DNA of 64,000 nt from an uncultured beta proteobacterium. GTDB lineage: Bacteria; Pseudomonadota; Gammaproteobacteria; Burkholderiales; JAEUMW01. Location: assembly GCA_963719715.1 (NCBI GenBank), contig CAVRDD010000054.1:7383-71382 (forward strand), in the 5' to 3' direction. The position numbers and the translations under genes were made by a program. Shown one piece after another: positions 48,535-58,636 of this stretch. Numbering within the stretch: position 1 is the stretch's first letter; every line of letters starts with the position of its first letter. Below the pieces are notes generated by a model that had not been told where the DNA came from, did no database searches, and worked only from the letters and a program-made list of their open reading frames with translations.

Positions 48535-50661
48535 TTAGGCGCGGATCGGCAGGTCGAAGTGGAAGGTGGTGCCGCCATCGGGTGCGGGCCCAAAGCCGAT
48601 GGTGCCGCCCAGCCGCTCCACGATTGCCTTGCAGATGGACAGCCCCAAACCCGTTCCGCCCTTCTGGCGCGTATCGCCGCTGTCAGCCTGGGCGAATTTC
48701 TGGAAGATGCGACGGCGGAAATCCTCGGGAACGCCGGGGCCGCAATCGGTGACCGCCACGCGCACGGTGTCGTTTTGAACAGTGCACGCTACCGAAACGG
48801 TAGCGCCCGCGGGGGAGAACTTGGCGGCGTTGGACAGGAGGTTGGCCATCACCTGCAGCAGCCGGTCGGCATCGCCTGTCACGGAGACCTCCGGCAGCGG
48901 CTTGCAAAGTTCCAGGCGCACCTCGAACTTGCGGGCGTAGGGTGTGTTGAGGCTGACCGCGCGCTCGAGGAGCGGGCCGACGGGCACCGGGGCGAGCCGC
49001 AGATCGAGAGATCCGGATTCTATTTTCTCGATGGAGAGAATGTCGTCGATGAGCGCGGCGAGACGGTCGCTGTTCTGCTGCGCCATGGTGAGAAAGACAG
49101 ACGCGCCCGCGCTGAGCTTCCCCGCAGCCTCCTGTCTGAGCAACCCGAGCGCGCCGACGATCGCGGTGAGAGGCGTTCGCAACTCATGGCTCACCGTCGC
49201 CACGAACTCGTTTTTCACCTGTTCCATCTCCTTGCGCGCGGTGATGTCGAGGTTGGTGCCGGCAACGCGCGTGGCGTGGCCGTCGCTGTCGCGTTCGACG
49301 ACCTTCGCGCGGCTGGAGATCCATCGCCAGGCTCCCGTTGCCGTGCGCACACGGTGCTCCACGTGATAGAACGGCTGCGTGTCCTGCAACAGGTCGCGGG
49401 TTCGCCGCAGCACGTGTCCGAGGTCCTCAGGGTGCACGGTACCGATCAGCTCGCGTGCCGTCGTGACGTCGGTAGCGGCACCCGTGATGCGCGACCACTG
49501 CTCGTTGAGTGTCACCCGGCCGGTGCGCACGTCCCAGTCGAACAGCGCCTGATTGGAGCCCTCGATCGCCAGCGCCAGGCGCTCGCGGCTCTCGCGCAGG
49601 TCGCGCGTCATGCCGCGCGCGAGATCGGCAGCGCGTGCGCGAAGCGTCGCCAGCGACCAGATGATCGCGATCCCCAGCGCGCTGATGATCCCGCCCTCGA
49701 AGGCGACGATGCGCGGCGTGTGTCGATCGAGGGTTTCGTCCATGACGGGCAGCGAGTGCACCTCCAGCGCCCATTCTCGACCGGGCAGTGGAAGACCCAG
49801 TGTCGTGACGAATTCGGATGCATCGGAGACATGGCGCGCCGCCGCATTCAGCCTGCTGTCGAAGAGCAGGCTCTTGATGTGGCCCGGTGCACCATCAAAC
49901 ACGCGCAGCCGAACGTCTGAGACTTCGCCCACGATCCGGCGCATCAGGCCGTTGATGCGAAAGAGTGCGTAGACGTAGCCGACCACCGCAGACTGGCGCC
50001 TGGATACGGTGGTGAGGTCGGCGCCCGGCCTGAAGACCGGGACGAAGAGGAGCAGCGCTCCCGCCGCATTGCGTTCGCGGTCGAACATGACCTTGCCGGA
50101 CAGCGCAGGCAGGCCGGTATCGCGCGCACGCTCCATCGCCTCGCGGGCCGCCGCCTCCGACAGCACGGCCGTGGGCGAAACCTCCTCTTGCTCAACCTGT
50201 CCCTCGGTCGCTGGCAGGGGCCAGACGTAGGTTACCGGCAGGTAGGTGCCGGTTGCCGGCTTGGTTGCTGCCTTGAGCGTTTTCGGGTCAGCACTCTCAC
50301 GCGCGACGAAGCCGACGCCGAGGACGCCCGGGTAGTGCTCTGCGACGGCGAGGTGGTGGAGATAGGTGCGCCACTCGCGTGGGTTCACCTCGTGCGAGGC
50401 AGCGAGCAGGGCGAAGGTGCCGCTCAGCATTCGCTCATAGTCGAGCAGCCGGCCTTGTACAGCGGCTTCGATCTGGCTCGCGCGGAAGTCGAATCTGAGC
50501 CGCGCCTCGTTCCACGCCGCTCGCGACGCGTAACTCCAAGCCGAATAGACGTACGCGGCGGCGAGGATGAGCGCCACGGACAGGGCAAGCGCCCGGTAGT
50601 GCGGTTCGAATACGGAAAGCTCGGCGGCGATGCGCGCCCTGAGCTTGGGCACTTCGATCAT
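48535..50661 (-). CDS. sensor histidine kinase with periplasmic CHASE-like domain and PAS domain
   Basis: TM - CHASE-like region (..EWRTYLHHLAVAEHYPGVLGVGF..YLPVTYVWP) - TM - PAS - H-box SHELRTPLTAI - GTGLGLSICKAIV. ATG 50661 was chosen because the upstream part of ORF 48535..51696 is antisense to the 50824..51651 gene. Confidence 0.85.
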   Translation of the reverse strand: MIEVPKLRARIAAELSVFEPHYRALALSVALILAAAYVYSAWSYASRAAWNEARLRFDFRASQIEAAVQGRLLDYERMLSGTFALLAASHEVNPREWRTYLHHLAVAEHYPGVLGVGFVARESADPKTLKAATKPATGTYLPVTYVWPLPATEGQVEQEEVSPTAVLSEAAAREAMERARDTGLPALSGKVMFDRERNAAGALLLFVPVFRPGADLTTVSRRQSAVVGYVYALFRINGLMRRIVGEVSDVRLRVFDGAPGHIKSLLFDSRLNAAARHVSDASEFVTTLGLPLPGREWALEVHSLPVMDETLDRHTPRIVAFEGGIISALGIAIIWSLATLRARAADLARGMTRDLRESRERLALAIEGSNQALFDWDVRTGRVTLNEQWSRITGAATDVTTARELIGTVHPEDLGHVLRRTRDLLQDTQPFYHVEHRVRTATGAWRWISSRAKVVERDSDGHATRVAGTNLDITARKEMEQVKNEFVATVSHELRTPLTAIVGALGLLRQEAAGKLSAGASVFLTMAQQNSDRLAALIDDILSIEKIESGSLDLRLAPVPVGPLLERAVSLNTPYARKFEVRLELCKPLPEVSVTGDADRLLQVMANLLSNAAKFSPAGATVSVACTVQNDTVRVAVTDCGPGVPEDFRRRIFQKFAQADSGDTRQKGGTGLGLSICKAIVERLGGTIGFGPAPDGGTTFHFDLPIRA

Positions 50662-50823
50662 GCCTGGCACTGAGTCGGGGAAAGATTCTTCATACGCCTG
50701 CCGAAGCAATCGCCGTCCCAGCAGGTTCCTTAGGGTACCCGCCACGCCGCGCCGTGCCGTTGCACCGGCACGGTCAACGCGTAAACTTGCCTTGCAGTCG
50801 GTGCAACTCCGGAACCCAGTCCC

Positions 50824-51651
50824 ATGGCCCTCAAGAATCCGTTCATCGCCTTCGAGTACGACGTCTATGCCCTCACCAGCGCGGGGGAACGGGAACTGCG
50901 CGGCGGCGAGACCTTTCTGGCTCCCGCCGATCTCGAATTGCTGATACGCACCGACGGCGGCGCGACCGTTGCGCAGATCGCAGCCAGCATGCCGTCGCGT
51001 CCGCCACAGACGGTCGCCCAGGCGTACGCCCGGCTCGCCCGCGCAGGCCTGGTGGATCTCGCATCCAACCTGCGCGATGAGTCGCTCGATTTCACCGACT
51101 TCTTCAGCGATAAACCGCGGCCCGCACCTTCCGAGCAGGAACTTGAGCGTGCCCGCGCGGAAGCGACGGCCGGCGTATCGTCGCTGCAGGCGGAAGGTTT
51201 TTATGTGCGCATTGCGCGTCGTCGCGCCGGCGCAGCCCAAGCACGCGCCGAGGGCGCGCCACCGACGGCGCTGGTGGTCGAGGACGATCCCCATCTGGGG
51301 CAGTTCATGAAGACGTATCTCGCCTTCGACGGCTTCGACGTGCGGCTTGCCGCGAACCGTGACGAAATCATCCAGGCGCTTCGCGACACGCGACTGCCCG
51401 ATCTCGTGCTGCTCGACGTGGTGCTGCCCGACATCGACGGCTTCGACGTACTCCTCAAGATGCGGCAGCACCCGGCGCTCCGGACCGTGCCGGTGGTCAT
51501 GGTGACCAGCAAGGCGACCCGGGAAGCAGTGCTGACCGGCCTCGCACGCGGTGCCGACGGCTATCTGACCAAGCCGGTCGAGCCCGAAACGCTGCTGCGG
51601 GCGATCCGCGCCGTGCTCAGCGTCGAGGCCGGTCCACAGGCGGGCGCCTGA
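50824..51651 (+). CDS. response regulator with C-terminal receiver and ~150-aa unknown N-terminal domain
   Basis: C-terminal ALVVEDDP...PDLVLLDVVLPDIDGF...VVMVTSK...GADGYLTKP. The N-terminal part (..GGATVAQIAASMP.RPPQTVAQAYARLARAGLVD) looks like a winged helix. Confidence 0.8.
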   Translation: MALKNPFIAFEYDVYALTSAGERELRGGETFLAPADLELLIRTDGGATVAQIAASMPSRPPQTVAQAYARLARAGLVDLASNLRDESLDFTDFFSDKPRPAPSEQELERARAEATAGVSSLQAEGFYVRIARRRAGAAQARAEGAPPTALVVEDDPHLGQFMKTYLAFDGFDVRLAANRDEIIQALRDTRLPDLVLLDVVLPDIDGFDVLLKMRQHPALRTVPVVMVTSKATREAVLTGLARGADGYLTKPVEPETLLRAIRAVLSVEAGPQAGA

Positions 51652-51652
51652 G

Positions 51653-51985
51653 GTGACGGCGGAGGAATTCCGTCGCCATCTGGATGCCTTGCGCACGGAT
51701 TATCGGGATCGTCTGCCCGACAAGCTATCGGTCATCGCCCGCCTGTGGCGGGACGCCATGAGCGGGACGCTGCCGGCCGCGGCGCTAGACGACCTGAGAC
51801 GCGAACTGCACACGCTGGCGGGATCGGCGACCACGTTCGGGGTAGCGCAGGTGAGCGCGCTGGCGGGCGCCGCTGAATCGTTGCTCAATCCGTTCTGTGA
51901 ACGGGGCGTCATGCCCGACGCCGCGAGCGCGGCGCAACTCGCCGGGCTGCTCGACGCGCTAGAGCGAACCTGCAGCGGGACTTGA
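51653..51985 (+). CDS. Hpt (histidine phosphotransfer) domain protein
   Basis: LRRELHTLAGSATTFG matches the HxxKG-type Hpt motif. The GTG start lies 1 nt after the upstream stop. Confidence 0.72.
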   Translation: MTAEEFRRHLDALRTDYRDRLPDKLSVIARLWRDAMSGTLPAAALDDLRRELHTLAGSATTFGVAQVSALAGAAESLLNPFCERGVMPDAASAAQLAGLLDALERTCSGT

Positions 51986-51991
51986 AGCCCG

Positions 51992-52381
51992 ATGAGGTCG
52001 CCGTTACAGAGGGTGATGGTCGTCGAGGACAACGCCGACATCCGGTTCATCGTCAAGGCTGCGCTCGAGATGGTCGGCGGCCTCGAGGTGCGGGCATGCG
52101 AATCGGGACGGGAGGCGCTCGATGCCGTGGCCGAATTCGACCCGCAATTGCTGCTGCTGGACGTCATGATGCCGGACATGGACGGGCCCGGGGTGCTCGC
52201 CCGCCTGCGCGAGCGCACGGACACCGCCGCACTGCCAGTCGTTTTCCTCACCGCCAAGGCTGCGCCGGCCGAAGTTCAGCGTCTGCGCTCGCTCGGCGCG
52301 CTCGGCGTGCTCACGAAGCCGTTCGATCCCATGACCCTGCACGAGCGCGTCAAGGCCATCTGGAGCGCCGACGAGGTCTGA
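51992..52381 (+). CDS. single-domain CheY-like response regulator
   Basis: VMVVEDN...LLLLDVMMPDMDG...VVFLTAK...GVLTKPF. Confidence 0.88.
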   Translation: MRSPLQRVMVVEDNADIRFIVKAALEMVGGLEVRACESGREALDAVAEFDPQLLLLDVMMPDMDGPGVLARLRERTDTAALPVVFLTAKAAPAEVQRLRSLGALGVLTKPFDPMTLHERVKAIWSADEV

Positions 52382-52503
52382 CCGTTTTTTTGCGGACCCC
52401 GGTATTTTGCTTGAACCACCGGCGAATCTTTGACTAAACTAAACGTCCGCCAAGTTGGCTTCAGGGCTCGAAGGTGGTGCAATCGACTCACCCGGGGAAG
52501 GAC

Positions 52504-52932
52504 ATGAGACCAATCAAGCATCTACTCGACAGCAAGACCCACAAGATCTACTCGGTGTCGCCGCAAACCACAGTGTTGGAGGCGCTCAAGATAATGGCCG
52601 AGGCCGATGTGGGCGCGGTCCTCGTCATGGACGGCGAGCGCATGGCCGGCATTTTTTCTGAACGTGACTACGCGCGCCGCGTCGTCCTGCAGGGCAAGAG
52701 TTCGCGGGAAACGCTGGTGTGCGATGTGATGACCGACCGCATCGTCTGCGTGCAGCCGAATCAGACGGTGGAAGAGGCGATGACGGTGATGACGGAGGTG
52801 CGCTGCCGTCATCTCCCGGTCGTCGAAGAAGGGCGCGTGATCGGCGTCGTGTCCATCGGTGACCTGGTGAAGGAGATCATCTCCGAGCAGGAGTTCGTGA
52901 TCCAGCAATTGGAAACCTACATCACCCAGTAG
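52504..52932 (+). CDS. CBS-pair domain protein
   Basis: ...LKIMAEADVGAVLVMDGERMAGIFSERDYARRVVLQG...CRHLPVVEEGRVIGVVSIGDLVK. ATG 52504 is preceded by GGGGAAGG. Confidence 0.85.
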   Translation: MRPIKHLLDSKTHKIYSVSPQTTVLEALKIMAEADVGAVLVMDGERMAGIFSERDYARRVVLQGKSSRETLVCDVMTDRIVCVQPNQTVEEAMTVMTEVRCRHLPVVEEGRVIGVVSIGDLVKEIISEQEFVIQQLETYITQ

Positions 52933-52967
52933 CGCGTCCCGCGCGCAATTCAGCACCCAGTTCCTAC

Positions 52968-52996
52968 GGCCCCGCCTTGCGCGGGGCCTTCTGTTT
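52968..52996 (+). terminator. rho-independent terminator after the CBS gene
   Basis: GGCCCCGC-cttgc-GCGGGGCC followed by TTCTGTTT. Confidence 0.7.
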
Positions 52997-53077
52997 CCAG
53001 GACAGACACGCCGCTCTCGCAATGCAGCAACCGAATGTGGTATCAAGACCTCGCTGCAACGAGGGCAGGAGGGCGTG

Positions 53078-53836
53078 ATGGAGTTCGGGGCAATCATCAT
53101 CGGGGACGAAATCCTCACCGGCAAGCGGGAGGATCGCCACATGTCACGGCTGATCGGCATGCTATCCGCTCGCGGTCTGGAACTCGCCTTTTGCGAGTAC
53201 ATCGGCGACGTTCCCGGGCGCATCACCGAAACCCTGCGCCGGACCCTTGCGTACCGCGACACCGCCGTCTTCTGCTTCGGCGGGATCGGCGCGACGCCAG
53301 ACGACCACACCCGTCAGTGTGCTGCCGCGGCGGCGGGCGTGACACTGGCTCGCCACGCAGGGGCGGTGGCCGAGATGGAAGCGCAATTCGGAGCAATGCC
53401 GGCGGACCATCCCCGCCATCTGATGGCCGACATCCCGGCCGGCTGCGAACTCATCCCCAACCCGTTCAATCGCGTGCCCGGCTTCAGCGTCGGCGAGCAT
53501 CATTTCCTGCCAGGGTTTCCCGAGATGGCAGGGCCGATGATGGAATGGGTTCTGGATCATCGCTATCCCAGCCTGCACCACGCACGCCCGATGGTCGACG
53601 AGGCGATCGTCGTGCATGACGCCGCCGAGAGCGCGCTGCTGCCGCTGATGCTCGACTGCGTCGAGAAGTACCCGGAGCTCAAGCTCTTCAGTCTGCCGCG
53701 CTTCGCCCCGGAAGGCCGGCGCATCGAGCTTGGCGTTCGCGGCGATCCGCTGCGCGTCGCCGAAGCGATGCAGGACTTGAGGGCCGGAGTGCGTGCGCTC
53801 GACTTCGTATGGCACGAACGCGCGCCGATCCGCTGA
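53078..53836 (+). CDS. CinA-N / MoCF-biosynthesis (molybdopterin-binding) domain protein
   Basis: EFGAIIIGDEILTGKREDRH...FCFGGIGATPDDHT. AGGAGGG lies upstream. A GTG at 53075 is also possible. Confidence 0.72.
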   Translation: MEFGAIIIGDEILTGKREDRHMSRLIGMLSARGLELAFCEYIGDVPGRITETLRRTLAYRDTAVFCFGGIGATPDDHTRQCAAAAAGVTLARHAGAVAEMEAQFGAMPADHPRHLMADIPAGCELIPNPFNRVPGFSVGEHHFLPGFPEMAGPMMEWVLDHRYPSLHHARPMVDEAIVVHDAAESALLPLMLDCVEKYPELKLFSLPRFAPEGRRIELGVRGDPLRVAEAMQDLRAGVRALDFVWHERAPIR

Positions 53837-53940
53837 GCGGACCGCGACCCCACTTCGACGGCGCCTGCGTTTGATTACCTGGTTGGGGCATTTCTCGATG
53901 CGACCGAATGCGCTGCACGGCCTGCTAGACTACGGACGCC

Positions 53941-55320
53941 ATGGAGCCGCTGCGCGACGAGGAGTTGATGCTGCGCTATCGCGACGGCGATGCGAGCGCC
54001 TTCGATGCGCTCTATGGCCGGCACCGCGCCGGTCTTTTTCGCTTCATTCTGCGTCAATGCCCGCGCCGCGGCGAAGCTGAGGAGATCTTTCAGGAGGTAT
54101 GGATGAAGCTGATCGAGGCCCGTTCGCGTTATCGGGTCGAGGCGCGATTCTCCACCTATCTGTACCAGATTGCGGTCAATCGGCTGATCGACCGCTCGCG
54201 CCACAAGTCGAATGCACCTGCAGTTTCGCTCGACGATCCGGACTGCCCTGCAAGTCTCACCATCGCGAGCGCTGCCGGCGATCCCCTGCGGCAGGCGGCG
54301 GCGCGTGAGGAATGCGCGCGCCTGCTGGCTGCGCTGGCGGAACTGCCGGCAGAACAGCGCGAGGCCTTCCTGCTGCGCGAGGAAGGGGGACTTTCGGTGG
54401 GGGAGATCGCCGAAGTGACCAAGGTTGGTCCGGAGACGGCAAAGAGCCGCCTGCGCTACGCGCTGCAGAAATTGCGGCAGGCGCTGGGAGAGCGCGATGA
54501 GGAGCGCGGCCAGGGGGATGACGGCGCCGAGATCCATGCTGAGGACGTGTCGCGCGTGTATCGCAGGGCTGCGCGCGAAGAGCCGCCGCCCGAACTCGAC
54601 GCAACCATCGAGGCCGCGGCGGTGCGCGCTGCCGGCTCGCGCCGGAGCGCACCCCGCGCGTCAAGGCGGTGGTGGGGCGTGCCGATTGCCGTGGCGGCGA
54701 CGATCGTGATCGGCGTCAGCATCGCGTTCCTTTCCGAACAACCGGATCCGCAGCTCACACCGCTCCCCGATGCGGCCCTGACACGGGCACCGCAGTCGAA
54801 GCAGCAGCCGTCACCCGCCGCGAGCCGTTCAGACGCAGAGACGTCGATCTCGACAGAGCGTGCGGCCGAGAGTCCGCGGGCGCTCCCCGATGGCAGCGCC
54901 AGCGGGCCGCCACCGGTAGCGGCGAGCCGCGACGTGCGCCCGGGGCGCGAACGAACAGCGCGGGACTTGTCTACGCCGCGACGTGAAGTGCCGACAGCGC
55001 CGTCAGAAACGCCATCGCGCCTGGAAGGGGCGGGCTCAGTGCCTGCCGAAAGACTCGACAGCGCGCCCTTGGCCGCGCCGAAATCGGCTGGCGCACCGGA
55101 AGCGCCCGAAGCAATCCGGAAAAGTGCACCGGCCGTTGCATCGCCGGCGACGGAAGAGATGGAATCGTTGTCGCCCGAGATGTGGCTGCAGCGTATCCGT
55201 GAGCTAAGGGGGAAGGGCGATCTGGCACATGCCGACGCCGGCTTGCGGGCGTTCCGACACCGATACCCCGACTACCCGCTGCCCGCCGATCTTGTTCCAC
55301 CGGCCGAAGCTGGCCATTAA
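53941..55320 (+). CDS. ECF sigma-70 factor read in one frame with a transmembrane anti-sigma-like region
   Basis: Residues 1-~185 carry sigma regions 2 and 4 (FDALYGRH...IFQEVWMKL; LPAEQREAFLLRE.GGLSVGEIAEVT.VGPETAKSRLRYALQKLR). The ORF continues without a stop into EDVSRVYRRAAREEPPPELDATIEAAA, then a TM helix (WWGVPIAVAATIVIGVSIAFL) and a Pro/Ala-rich C-terminal domain. Confidence 0.8.
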   Translation: MEPLRDEELMLRYRDGDASAFDALYGRHRAGLFRFILRQCPRRGEAEEIFQEVWMKLIEARSRYRVEARFSTYLYQIAVNRLIDRSRHKSNAPAVSLDDPDCPASLTIASAAGDPLRQAAAREECARLLAALAELPAEQREAFLLREEGGLSVGEIAEVTKVGPETAKSRLRYALQKLRQALGERDEERGQGDDGAEIHAEDVSRVYRRAAREEPPPELDATIEAAAVRAAGSRRSAPRASRRWWGVPIAVAATIVIGVSIAFLSEQPDPQLTPLPDAALTRAPQSKQQPSPAASRSDAETSISTERAAESPRALPDGSASGPPPVAASRDVRPGRERTARDLSTPRREVPTAPSETPSRLEGAGSVPAERLDSAPLAAPKSAGAPEAPEAIRKSAPAVASPATEEMESLSPEMWLQRIRELRGKGDLAHADAGLRAFRHRYPDYPLPADLVPPAEAGH

Positions 55321-55345
55321 GCCCAGGTAATCGGGCACAAAACAA

Positions 55346-55368
55346 AACCCCGGACGAGGTCCGGGGTT
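55346..55368 (-). terminator. rho-independent terminator of the phasin gene (hairpin shared by convergent genes)
   Basis: AACCCCGGA-cgagg-TCCGGGGTT. On the minus strand it is followed by TTGTTTTGT. Confidence 0.75.
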
Positions 55369-55395
55369 CATTCCTACAAGACCTTGGCGCGTGGC

Positions 55396-55947
55396 TTACG
55401 CGGCAGCGGCCTTATTCTTCGGCAACGCAACGACCTGACTTGCCGCGGCAACATTCGCTTCGGTCAGATCGGCCACTTGCTTGGCAGCCTTGACGGCCGA
55501 CTCGTACGCCGAGTTGGCGGCGGCAATCGCCGACTTCACGGCAGAAACTGCAACGTTGGAACCCGCCGGACCGGATTTCGCGACCTTTTCCAGCTTTGAC
55601 ACGACGGTCTTGTTGAGATGGGTCACTTGCTCTTCGAGCAGCCTTGCGTACTCACCCTGGGCGTCGAATGCGATTTCGTACACGCTGCGCGCGTACGCCG
55701 TGCTCTTCGCTACGACGGGCTGGAGATTGGCAGCCTTGACCGTCAGCAGGCCCTTCACGTCCTTCAGGCTGCTGATGGACTGGATCACCTTGGCGCTCTC
55801 GGCGAAGGCGGCCTTCGCGGTCTTGAGGTTGAGTTCGATCAGGCGCTCGGTCCCCTCGAAGGCGATACCGATCGCGCGAATCGCGATTTCCACATTCGCT
55901 TTGCTTGCGGCCGAGACTTGTTCGGGGATGGCGGGCAGGTTGTTCAT
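55396..55947 (-). CDS. phaP: phasin family protein (PHA granule-associated)
   Basis: The Ala/Lys/Glu-rich helical sequence MNNLPAIPEQVSAASKANVEIAIRAIGIAFEGTERLIELNLKTAKAAFAES... is typical of betaproteobacterial phasins. ATG 55947 was chosen within the longer ORF. Confidence 0.85.
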   Translation of the reverse strand: MNNLPAIPEQVSAASKANVEIAIRAIGIAFEGTERLIELNLKTAKAAFAESAKVIQSISSLKDVKGLLTVKAANLQPVVAKSTAYARSVYEIAFDAQGEYARLLEEQVTHLNKTVVSKLEKVAKSGPAGSNVAVSAVKSAIAAANSAYESAVKAAKQVADLTEANVAAASQVVALPKNKAAAA

Positions 55948-56200
55948 GATGGCACTCCTATCAGTCAATTGAAGAAAGCGATCAGTGCCCGCAACGGAAC
56001 TGCCGATTTGCTGCACTGCACAATTCACATTGTAGACGGCTAAATATCTAATGTCAAGTGCTTTATCTTTCGTCAGCGGATAGTATTTTTGCGATGCACC
56101 AAAACAATGGCCTGGCAGTTACGGCAGACTGATATCAGTGGCAGACGCGACGGCCTCGGAATGCGCGACGGACGTTGTCAGCGGCGCCTTCGACGTCGGC

Positions 56201-56864
56201 TCAGCGCTTTCTGGCAAGGGTGACGCCGTCACCGATCGGGACCAGGCTCAAGTCGATTCTGGTGTCGGTGTGCAGGTTCCGGTTGAAGGCGCGGATCGCT
56301 TCTGTTTCCTCGTCGTGATTGGCAGGATCGGCAACCCTGCCGTACCACAGGGTATTATCGATGGCGATCGAGCCCTCCCGCGCGCACGAGGCGAAGCGAC
56401 CGCTCGAAGTAGTTCGCGTAGTTCGGCTTGTCGGCGTCGATGAAGGCGAAATCGAAAGTGTCTGCGCGGTTCTCCGCGAGCAGGCGGTCGAGGGTCTCGA
56501 GAGCGGGCGCGAGGTGAAGCTCGATGCGCTCGGCAACCCCGGCTTCCTGCCAGAAGCGGCGTGCGATGGCGGTCCACTCCTGGTTCACGTCGCAGGCGAT
56601 GACGTGGCCGTCGGCGGGCAGGGCAGCTGCGACGCAGAGCGTGCTGTAGCCGGTGAAGACGCCGATCTCGAGGCAGCGCCGCGCGCCGACGAGTTGCACG
56701 AGCAGCGCCAGGAACTGGCCCTGCTCGGGCGCAATCTGCATGCCGGCGCGCGGCAGTTTGGCGGTTTCCTCGCGCAAACGGTGCAGGACGTCCGCTTCGC
56801 GCAGCGAGACGGAGGTGAGGTAGTCGTAGAGAGCGTCGGACAGGGTGAACGTGCGATTCGACAT
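56201..56864 (-). pseudogene. class I SAM-dependent O-methyltransferase (caffeoyl-CoA OMT-like), one frame disruption
   Basis: ...RRCLEIGVFTGYSTL...FDFAFIDADKPNYANYFE..LRLVRAGG | SIAIDNTLWYGRVADP... Shift near 56370-56385. ORF pieces are 56355..56864 and 56201..56536. Confidence 0.8.
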
Positions 56865-56939
56865 GGGCGTTGGAAGTCAAAGGGGCAGGCCGCCGGATGC
56901 GGTCGGGAGCCAGTGATTATCGTAATGCGGGACGGAGCG

Positions 56940-57724
56940 ATGTGTCAGCTGCTTGGCATGAACTGCAATGTCCCGACCGGACATCTGCTTCTCCTTTTCC
57001 GGGTTCCACCATCGCGGCGGGCGCACCGACCAGCACGCGACGGCTGGGGCATCGCGTTCTACGAGGGGCGCGGGCTGCCGCCTCTTCATCGACACCAAGC
57101 CCGCCGCGGATTCACCGGTGGCGGCGCTCGTGCGGAGCTACCCGATCCACTCGCTCAACGTCATCGCGCACATCCGCAAGGCGACGGTCGGCAGCGTGGC
57201 CCTCGAGAACACGCATCCGTTCATGCGCGAGATGTGGGGGCGCTACTGGACCATGGCGCACAACGGCACGCTGAAGGGCTTCGCACCGCGTTTCAACGGG
57301 CGCTATCGCCGCTACCACCCGGTCGGCCGCACCGACAGCGAGCTCGCCTTCTGCTACATCCTCGAGACGCTGCGGCGGCTTTTTCCGGACGGCCAGCCGG
57401 CGCTGCCCGAGCTCTCCCGCGCGCTCGCCGAGATCACGGCGGAGCTCTGCCGCCTTCGGCGATTTCAACTACCTGCTTTCCAATGGCGAGGTGCTGTTCG
57501 CGCACTGCGCCAAGCGGCTCGCCTATATCGTGCGACAGGCGCCATTCACCACCGCGCACCTGGTGGACGAGGACTACGCCGTGGACTTCAGCCAGCTCAC
57601 CACCCCCGCAGATCGTGTGGCGGTGATCGCGACGGTGCCGCTCACCGACAACGAGGAATGGACCACGATGAAACCCGGCGAGCTTCTCCTTTTTCGAGAC
57701 GGACTGCCGGTCGAGTTGTCATGA
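56940..57724 (+). pseudogene. class II glutamine amidotransferase (YafJ-like), about four frame disruptions
   Basis: The conserved text is recoverable only by hopping frames: MCQLLGMNCNVPT | DICFSFSGFHHRGGRTDQH | RDGWGIAFYEGRG | CRLFIDTKPA...HIRKAT.G.VALENTHPF...WTMAHNGTL...RTDSELAFCYIL...AELCRL | GDFNYLLSNGEVLFAHC...VIATVPLTDNEEW... Shifts lie near 56980, 57035, 57075 and 57460. Confidence 0.7.
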
Positions 57725-58623
57725 CACGGCTGGGGGTGCAATACGCTGCATCACGCGGGGAATCCGCTGCGGCTGCCAGGTGCTGACTGCGGCCCGCCAG
57801 AACGCCACCAGTGGCAGGCGCCGCATCCGGGCGTCGACTGGCTGACCGAGAAACTCGATCACGCTTGCGAGCAAGGTGACCGCCGCGTCCGCATCAACGG
57901 CGAGCGCAAGCGTCTGCTTGCTGAGCTTCTGCCCGTCTGCGTTCACGGCGACCGGCAGATGCAGATAGCGGGGCGTCGGTAGCCCCAGCAGTCGTTGTAG
58001 GTGGATCTGGCGCGGGGTTGAAAGCAGCAGGTCGGCGCCGCGGACCACGTCGGTGATGCCCTGCTCTGCGTCGTCCACGACCACGGCAAGCTGGTAGGCG
58101 AAGACGCGATCCGCGCGATAGACAACGAAGTCGCCGATGTCCTGCTCGAGCCGCTGGCTGATGTGCCCCTGCACGCCGTCTGTGAACGCGATCGGCTCGC
58201 CATCCGTGCGCACCGCAGTGCCCGGGCGGGGCGCACGCGACGTGAGCCCTCGCGGCAGGTGCCCGGATACACCGGTCCCTCGATGCCACCTGCCCCGGCG
58301 GAGTCCGCGATCTCCCGCCGCGAGCAGGCGCAGGGATAGACCATCTCCGCCGCGCGCAGGCGATGGAGCGCGGCGTGGTACGCCTCGGTGCGCGCACTCT
58401 GGTAGACGATCGCGCTATCCCACTCGAAGCCGAACGCGTGTAGCGACTGCAGGATGTGGCGGGTCGCGCCCGGCATCACCCGCGGCGGATCGAGGTCATC
58501 GATGCGCACCAGCCAGCTGCCGCCGCGTGCACGTGCTTCCAGATAGCTGCCGACTGCCGCGACGAGCGAGCCGAAGTGCAGGGGTCCGGTCGGGGACGGT
58601 GCGAAGCGGCCGTGGTAGTCCAT
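57719..58623 (-). pseudogene. gluQ: glutamyl-Q tRNA(Asp) synthetase, one frame disruption
   Basis: MDYHGRFAPSPTGPLHFGSL...VRIDDLD...YPCACSRREI...YPGTCREG | LTSRAPRPGTAVRTDGEPIAFTD...FAYQLAVVVDD...VVRGADLL. Shift at the CCC run 58247-58249. Confidence 0.8.
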
Positions 58624-58636
58624 TCGCCGCGACGCC

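Noticed and set aside
48535-51696. The 1053-aa ORF as a single giant kinase
   Set aside because: The N-terminal ~345 codons are antisense to the well-supported response-regulator gene 50824..51651 and have no domain content. The kinase most plausibly starts at ATG 50661, just before its first TM helix.
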